Source: Candidatus Moranbacteria bacterium CG10_big_fil_rev_8_21_14_0_10_35_21
GTDB lineage: Bacteria; Patescibacteriota; Minisyncoccia; Moranbacterales; UBA2206
Direction: 5' to 3'
DNA length: 64,000 bases
NCBI GenBank assembly: GCA_002773095.1
Contig: PFCG01000018.1
Location: 25,008-89,007 of the forward strand
Shown: piece after piece, positions 58,446 to 64,000 of the stretch
How positions within the stretch are numbered: position 1 is the stretch's first letter
How the letters are laid out: each line of letters opens with the position of its first letter
The notes under the pieces: generated by a model
Told to the model about the DNA's origin: nothing
The model's database searches: none
Seen by the model: only the letters and a program-made list of their open reading frames with translations
Made by a program: the position numbers and the translations under genes

Positions 58446-61036
58446 TCTTTTATTACTTTTATTAGTCCTTTGTTGCCGTCAACTTCAATTAGCTCATTAT
58501 CTTTAATCCTATTAACAACATCTTCAACTCTAACAACAGATGGAATTCCTAATTCCCGGCTCAATATAGCAGCATGAGAAAGAGAGTTTCCTTTTTCCAG
58601 CACGATTCCTTTTATGAGCGGGAAAATTAATGACCATCCCGGATCAGTCTGATAAGTAATGACAATCTTATCTCTAACATCAATATTAGCATCGAATTTC
58701 TTAAGAATAACAGCCCTCCCCCTGACTATTCCCTGGGATGTGGGTAGTCCCCGGTATTCATTTTTGGCCAATAACACCTCAGTGTCATTAATAATTTGAG
58801 CAGTCTTTCCGATTCCTATTAGTTTAAGGCGTTGAGGCAGGTCTTCTTCCTGTTTGTATTGCGAAAAGGTTTCTTTCCGCTTTTTTATTATCTCTCTGTA
58901 GTCTGATTCAAAATTATTGGAGTTTGAAATGTCCATTATCTCATTAGTGGTAAGATAAAAAATATCTTCTTTCGCGTCTATTATTTTTGCCAAAACAAAC
59001 TTATCGGCTAAAACCAAGAAGCAGTCTCTGGCGATACCATAAACGATAGCGCGCTTAATTCTAAAGAGTTCTCTGAATCTGATTGAAAGCCGGGTGTAGT
59101 GGGCGATCCATTTGGCAAAAAGACTGTAAATATGTCCCCGAACCATCCCGTGTTTATTTTTTATGGCCTTTTCCAGTTCATTGATATTTTGATTCACCCT
59201 CTCTGGTTTTTTAATAGCAGTATTCGTTTTGGAATAATATTTTATTAGGGTTATCAGAATATCAGGATCATCGCTAATTCTTGGGCTTTCCAAAATCAAT
59301 TCGTCCGGCCTTCGGTCGCCAAATTTATCTATATATGCGTCCAACATAGCTTTAAATTTGGAAAGCTCAATATTATCTGAGTCCAGAAGGTGTGCATATA
59401 TTAATCGGGGATTTTGTTCCTGGAATAGTTTAGTAAGTTCTGTTTTTCTGTAAATATATTCAGAAAGCTTATTTAACTCGTGGATTATTTCCAGGTCATC
59501 GTGACCGGAAAAATTAGTGATCAGTTTGTTAAGGTATATTTGCGAATCCTCCTGGATATTTTGAAAAACAATTTTTTTAAGGACTCCATGAAAAATCATC
59601 AAGCGGAAATCATTTAGTATCGGAACCTTCCAGTCATCTAGGAATGATTCTTTCAGCTTAGCGTAATAATTACAAAGCTCTCTCGCATTCATTGACTGCA
59701 ATTCAGTTTTCTTGTGGTGTTTGTTTTTTCTTTCAAATTCTTTCAGGAATTTATGATTCAGTCTTTTATAAAAAACAAGCTTATGGGCAAACTTCAAAAT
59801 CAGAGGAAGGTTTCTTGCGAGGGATATTAGCTGGACACCTCCCTCTTGTTTTTTTATTTCTGTAATTTTCTTTTGCGGTACCAGCATTGACTCAAAAAAA
59901 TCCTTATTGTAGCCATAGCCGGGGAGAATTTTTATCATTTCGTACCAATTGGAAATTTTGTAATAGACCCGGCCTTTTATATATCCCAAAAGATTGTTCA
60001 ATTTTTCTTGCTTTGCATTTATCTTTTTGTTTTCAACTCCAACTAGTCGGAAAAAATTGGCATAGACTTTGGAATAAGCAAATTGAATGAAGGAGTAAGT
60101 GAGAGGAGAGATGACTGAAGGATAGCTTTCGGAGATGTTGGTACAATCGAATATTTCTTCTTGAGTATCAGTAAATATATTTTGGGTAATATTTCTCGTT
60201 TGCAAAATAGCGACATCTTTTTCTGAAATTGACCATTCGATATCCTGCCCGACGCCCTTGAGGTAAGCTATTTTTTGGATTTGAGAAAGCATTTTCTGAA
60301 AAGGTGCTTCCAGATGGTTCTGTTTTATGATTAGTGGTGTTTCCAATTTATTTTTATCTGTAACTTCAATTTCATGGGCATTGCTTCCGTCCACTATATT
60401 TTTACCTATACCATGATTAAAAACAATTTTTGCGTTAAGTGGATATCGGACAAAAGCAACTCCTGAAAATTTGGCTGGAAACATTTCCTGAACAATGACG
60501 GAAAAGTTCAGGGCATCTAGCTTTATGTCGTTTGATCTAATATATTGGAAGACCCTTGGGGAAAAAATGCTACGGAAACACTTTTCGAGATAAGTTCGGA
60601 AATTTTCTTCAGTGAAGGTAATGTCCAGATATGTCTCATAAAGTCCGGCAAAGGAATAATCGGCTAAATCCTCAAGGGAGGCCGACGTTCTGAAGCTAAT
60701 TGATTTTGGAAACAAAGATTGCAATCTTAAAAAATCATTACTAAGCTTCCCTGCATCCCATTTCAATCCAGAAAATAGATCGTCTATATTTTTCTGATTG
60801 CCTTCTCTAAATTCTTTTATGAGCGACCGTGCGACATCGGTATAATTTACAAAGTAATCGCTTAGCAGAACAATCTTAAAACTGGGCGTTGGAAGTCCAT
60901 TTTTTTCAAGCCATATTAAATTATCGGATTTGTTTCCGATAATATTTTCTTCAATATCAATCTTTGACTTATCTAAAATCATAACAAGTAAAAGTTGAGA
61001 ATAATTAATCCATACATCCCAAGCGCGATGCTCCAT
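58442..61036 (-). CDS. PEP-synthase-like swivelling phospho-His kinase (PPDK_N ATP-grasp plus PEP-utilizer mobile domain, no TIM-barrel PEP domain; rifampicin-phosphotransferase-like architecture)
   Basis: N-terminus GNKSDNLIWLEKNGLPTPSF and SFRTSASLEDLADYSFAGLYETYLDI. C-terminus GNSLSHAAILSRELGIPSVV (phospho-His). Length 864 aa. Confidence 0.7.
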   Translation of the reverse strand: MEHRAWDVWINYSQLLLVMILDKSKIDIEENIIGNKSDNLIWLEKNGLPTPSFKIVLLSDYFVNYTDVARSLIKEFREGNQKNIDDLFSGLKWDAGKLSNDFLRLQSLFPKSISFRTSASLEDLADYSFAGLYETYLDITFTEENFRTYLEKCFRSIFSPRVFQYIRSNDIKLDALNFSVIVQEMFPAKFSGVAFVRYPLNAKIVFNHGIGKNIVDGSNAHEIEVTDKNKLETPLIIKQNHLEAPFQKMLSQIQKIAYLKGVGQDIEWSISEKDVAILQTRNITQNIFTDTQEEIFDCTNISESYPSVISPLTYSFIQFAYSKVYANFFRLVGVENKKINAKQEKLNNLLGYIKGRVYYKISNWYEMIKILPGYGYNKDFFESMLVPQKKITEIKKQEGGVQLISLARNLPLILKFAHKLVFYKRLNHKFLKEFERKNKHHKKTELQSMNARELCNYYAKLKESFLDDWKVPILNDFRLMIFHGVLKKIVFQNIQEDSQIYLNKLITNFSGHDDLEIIHELNKLSEYIYRKTELTKLFQEQNPRLIYAHLLDSDNIELSKFKAMLDAYIDKFGDRRPDELILESPRISDDPDILITLIKYYSKTNTAIKKPERVNQNINELEKAIKNKHGMVRGHIYSLFAKWIAHYTRLSIRFRELFRIKRAIVYGIARDCFLVLADKFVLAKIIDAKEDIFYLTTNEIMDISNSNNFESDYREIIKKRKETFSQYKQEEDLPQRLKLIGIGKTAQIINDTEVLLAKNEYRGLPTSQGIVRGRAVILKKFDANIDVRDKIVITYQTDPGWSLIFPLIKGIVLEKGNSLSHAAILSRELGIPSVVRVEDVVNRIKDNELIEVDGNKGLIKVIKE

Positions 61037-61842
61037 TTATCAGAAGTATCAATAATCATTTTTCTTTTGATGAAATAAAGGATGGCAATTATTACTATTG
61101 CGAGCATTTGCAGAATGACAAGAAAATCAAGTCTATGTATAACAAGGGATATGGATAATGCCTGAAGGCAATAAAGAAATAACAAAAAAGCATATGACCG
61201 CTTTTCTCCCCAGCGGTAAATATAGGTATCGTTAGTCGCGTAGCCTTTTGGGGAAATCCTGTGTTTTACCTTCCTTCCAACTTCATAGATGAGCGTGGGA
61301 AGAAACAGGGCAAGAATGATCCAGATATCTTGCGAAGATTTAGGGATAAAAAAGTAACTCGATCCTACTGATAGCGTATAAAGTATGTAAATGATGAAAA
61401 TTATCTGATGCGAGAAGAGAAAAAGAACAAAGCTTTTATTCTCTAAGTCTTTTATGTAGAAATTTTTAAACATTAAAAACGAATATGCTACGGCCAGTAA
61501 GAATAATGGAAGAGTTTGGAAGGGTAGAAATAATTGCATGGATATTTCGACAAAAAGGATGACAAGGGCGACTCTTTTAATTATCGAGAGGGATAAAATT
61601 CCTTTTTGAACCGGTCTTGACTCGTGATGTTTTGAATCATACTGGAAATCTTTGAGTTCGTCCCAAAGGCGAATCCTTAGCAAAAACAAAAACATCATTA
61701 AAGAGACAATCAATATCTTGCCGAAATTATTGCTGTCTTCGTTGGCGTAGGCTATTCCCGCAAAGCCAAAGAGAAACGAGAGCAGCAGGGCGGGAATAAC
61801 TGGAAATCGTTCTTTCGTGTAAGTCAGAATGTTTTTAATCAT
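60979..61842 (-). CDS. UbiA-superfamily prenyltransferase
   Basis: Eight to nine TM helices. First Asp-rich motif LWDELKDFQYDSKHHESRPVQKG, which is D-x3-D...RP-x3-G. Confidence 0.5.
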   Translation of the reverse strand: MIKNILTYTKERFPVIPALLLSFLFGFAGIAYANEDSNNFGKILIVSLMMFLFLLRIRLWDELKDFQYDSKHHESRPVQKGILSLSIIKRVALVILFVEISMQLFLPFQTLPLFLLAVAYSFLMFKNFYIKDLENKSFVLFLFSHQIIFIIYILYTLSVGSSYFFIPKSSQDIWIILALFLPTLIYEVGRKVKHRISPKGYATNDTYIYRWGEKRSYAFLLFLYCLQALSISLVIHRLDFLVILQMLAIVIIAILYFIKRKMIIDTSDKWSIALGMYGLIILNFYLL

Positions 61843-61945
61843 TTCGTTATTTTTCCTTTTTTATGGTATATTTTATAAGTCGGCAGGGCTTTAATAATTC
61901 CCCAAGGGGATATACTGATGTTATCATAAAAAGCCTTATTTAGAA

Positions 61946-62725
61946 ATGAAGATAAATCTAAAAAAATTATCCTACATTATTACGGCTGTTGTTTTAATAA
62001 TAGTCATTTTTGGGGTTGGATTGTATTTTTGGGCAGAAAAGAATCGTCAGCAATTTTGTTTTTATAGGCATCTGTCGGACGCGGTCAAGATCAACAATGA
62101 AAGGAAGTCATACTATTCTAAAATCACCGCGGGGATATCTGAAGGTACTTCCAATAATTTGATCAGAAACGAGAGAATGCTGATGCCCGTGGCTTTATGG
62201 CTAGACATCCGAGCTCAGAAATTTATAAAAAAGGGTGTGCCAATCGTTTGTAATGATTTTGTTGAAATGAACGGTATAGAGAGCAAAGAAGGAAAGCCAT
62301 TTTATGCCAATATTGCCAATGAGTCAGTTTTTGAAAGGTTAAATTCAGATTTTGAAAATACAAAAACAGAAATGCGGAAATACAATCAGCAAAATGATTT
62401 TAAAAAAGTTAGCGAAATGGCGTATAGCTTGTTACTGAAAGTTGAGAACATTGAAAAAGAAACAAAAAGCAATTTTTGCATGGCTAGGCATGTAATTGAT
62501 TCTCTTGGGTTAGCAGCTGTTCATGCTGGCGGATATTCAAAGAATAGTCGTGGAGAAATAGATTCTTTCGCTCAGTCTTTTGTTGGGACGCAAATATCTG
62601 GACTTTCCAATTCTATCCTTGATATCGATAGAGGTGCCCAAAAAGCTCATCAATTGGGTGTTGGGATCGTTTGCAATGATGTGCCAAAGATTCCCTTTAA
62701 GGAAGAACACGAAAATAATTTATAA
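61946..62725 (+). CDS. Hypothetical signal-anchored protein
   Basis: N-terminal TM (LSYIITAVVLIIVIFGVGLYFW). It contains CNDxxxxxxE-like duplicated segments (VPIVCNDFVE and VGIVCNDVPK). Confidence 0.35.
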   Translation: MKINLKKLSYIITAVVLIIVIFGVGLYFWAEKNRQQFCFYRHLSDAVKINNERKSYYSKITAGISEGTSNNLIRNERMLMPVALWLDIRAQKFIKKGVPIVCNDFVEMNGIESKEGKPFYANIANESVFERLNSDFENTKTEMRKYNQQNDFKKVSEMAYSLLLKVENIEKETKSNFCMARHVIDSLGLAAVHAGGYSKNSRGEIDSFAQSFVGTQISGLSNSILDIDRGAQKAHQLGVGIVCNDVPKIPFKEEHENNL

Positions 62726-62730
62726 TTTTT

Positions 62731-63897
62731 TTGATTAATATGAATAGTAAAGTTTTGAAAAACATCCGATTATTTTGGGCAACCATGATTAAGTCACCTG
62801 GCTATTTTGGTCAATTTACCAATCAGATATATCAGGTCTATCTCAATCATCACAAAATAGTTCATTTTAGAGATGGTTACCCGGTTTATTCGCTTTCTAC
62901 TCCCGCGCTCTATAGTAAGCCAGCAGCTAATTTTTTTGCTCGCTCGCTATATAGAATCATTCAAAACAGGAACCTGCCAAACCTGATGAGCTTTGCTGTT
63001 TCTAAAACCTGCAATGCGGATTGCAAGCACTGCAGTTTTTTCGATAGTGAGAGTAAAAGGGAAGGAAAAATGCTGACGTTGGAGCAGTGCAAAAAAGTAA
63101 TTAAAGACGCACAGGAATTGGGCGTTTCAATTATCAATCTTTTGGGCGGAGAACCATTGATGAGGGAGGACATATTGGATGTCATTAAAAGCATCAATAA
63201 GGATTTGTCCACCGTTATACTGTTTACGAATGGCTGGTATCTCGCCGGAAAAGCAATGGAGCTGAAAAAATCTGGCCTTGATGGTGTTTATGTTAGTATT
63301 GATTCCGCTGATAAAGAAGAGCACGATAAAATTAGGGGTAAGCAAGGGATGTTCGATAGAGGAATGGAAGGTTTAAGAAATGCCAAAAAAGCAGGTCTAA
63401 CAGTTGGAATCTCCTGTTGCATCACAAAAGAAGATTATCAAAACGGAAAACTAAAAAGAATAATTGAGCTTGGGAAAAAGGTTGGTGTTCATGAGGTGCT
63501 TGTCTTTGATGCTATTCCCACAGGCAGAATGAGTGGTTGTGGAAATTTGGTTGATGATAATGGCTGGATCAATGAGATGATAAAATTCACTGAAAAATAC
63601 AATAAAGATGATAGTTACCCGGGGATATTGGTCTATGCATATGCTACCAGCTATCGAAGCACTGGGTGCTCCGGCGGGACGAGCTATTTTTATGTCTCTC
63701 CTTATGGCGATATTTCTCCATGTGATTTCAATCATGCAACTTTCGGCAATGTCCTGGAAGAGCCTTTGTATGAAATTTGGGGCAGGATGTCGTCATTGGA
63801 TTTGTATGAGCAAGCCACCTGGGGCGGATGCAAGATGAAAAGCTCAAAATATAGGGATAATGAACATGTGTCAGCCGAAGGATATAAAAGAGGATAA
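62731..63897 (+). CDS. Radical SAM enzyme with C-terminal SPASM/twitch-like Cys cluster
   Basis: CNADCKHCS (CX3CX2C). Glycine-rich SAM motif INLLGGEPLM. C-terminal CSGGTSYFYVSPYGDISPCDFNHA...GGCKM. Confidence 0.7.
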   Translation: MINMNSKVLKNIRLFWATMIKSPGYFGQFTNQIYQVYLNHHKIVHFRDGYPVYSLSTPALYSKPAANFFARSLYRIIQNRNLPNLMSFAVSKTCNADCKHCSFFDSESKREGKMLTLEQCKKVIKDAQELGVSIINLLGGEPLMREDILDVIKSINKDLSTVILFTNGWYLAGKAMELKKSGLDGVYVSIDSADKEEHDKIRGKQGMFDRGMEGLRNAKKAGLTVGISCCITKEDYQNGKLKRIIELGKKVGVHEVLVFDAIPTGRMSGCGNLVDDNGWINEMIKFTEKYNKDDSYPGILVYAYATSYRSTGCSGGTSYFYVSPYGDISPCDFNHATFGNVLEEPLYEIWGRMSSLDLYEQATWGGCKMKSSKYRDNEHVSAEGYKRG

Positions 63898-64000
63898 CTT
63901 TTCGTATAGCATCTTGCGGGCTGGTGGCAGATGTGCTATATTCTAAGTGTCAGTAGTAAGTGCTGGCAATATAAAAATAAAGATAATAAAAACAGATGAA

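Noticed and set aside
1-64000. rRNA, tRNA and CRISPR arrays
   Set aside because: I saw no 16S/23S-like conserved blocks, no tRNA cloverleaf candidates and no regularly spaced direct repeats with unique spacers on reading both strands.

Overview
This is an AT-rich bacterial chromosome segment with short intergenic spacers and frequent gene overlaps. Its housekeeping content (rplI, rpmA, pyrG, def-fmt, priA, obg, gltX, iscRSU) is compatible with a small-genome, CPR/Patescibacteria-like organism, but that assignment is inference only. Positions 1 to 28.9 kb hold a dense cell-envelope glycosylation locus: nucleotide-sugar dehydrogenases, at least seven GT4 and GT2 glycosyltransferases, a DPM1/GtrB-like polyprenol-phosphate-sugar synthase, four to five paralogous PMT/ArnT-like GT-C membrane glycosyltransferases (one frameshifted), two flippase-type proteins, a Wzy/WaaL-like ligase and an LCP transferase. 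Positions 29 to 47 kb are core housekeeping: rplI, pyrG, rpmA, a pyrH-like gene broken by an 11-bp tandem duplication, a Cas4-like PD-(D/E)XK nuclease, a hemerythrin-cupin-IscR-IscS-IscU cluster, an M23 peptidase, gltX, a GT26 WecB/TagA transferase, priA, def-fmt, a rhodanese protein and obg. Positions 47.8 to 54.1 kb are a compositionally distinct, GC-richer phage-derived island with terS-terL, two DNA methyltransferases (one fused to ParB), a frameshifted large serine recombinase and short direct repeats at one edge. Positions 55 to 64 kb hold a membrane-lipid / isoprenoid-phospholipid module: a thioester-reductase-like SDR, a small CarS/CdsA-family cytidylyltransferase, a polyprenol-kinase-like protein, a GNAT, a CDP-alcohol phosphatidyltransferase, an 864-aa PEP-synthase-like swivel-His kinase, a UbiA prenyltransferase and a radical-SAM/SPASM enzyme. 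No rRNA, tRNA or CRISPR array was recognised. All calls rest on motif recognition by eye; no database search was run.
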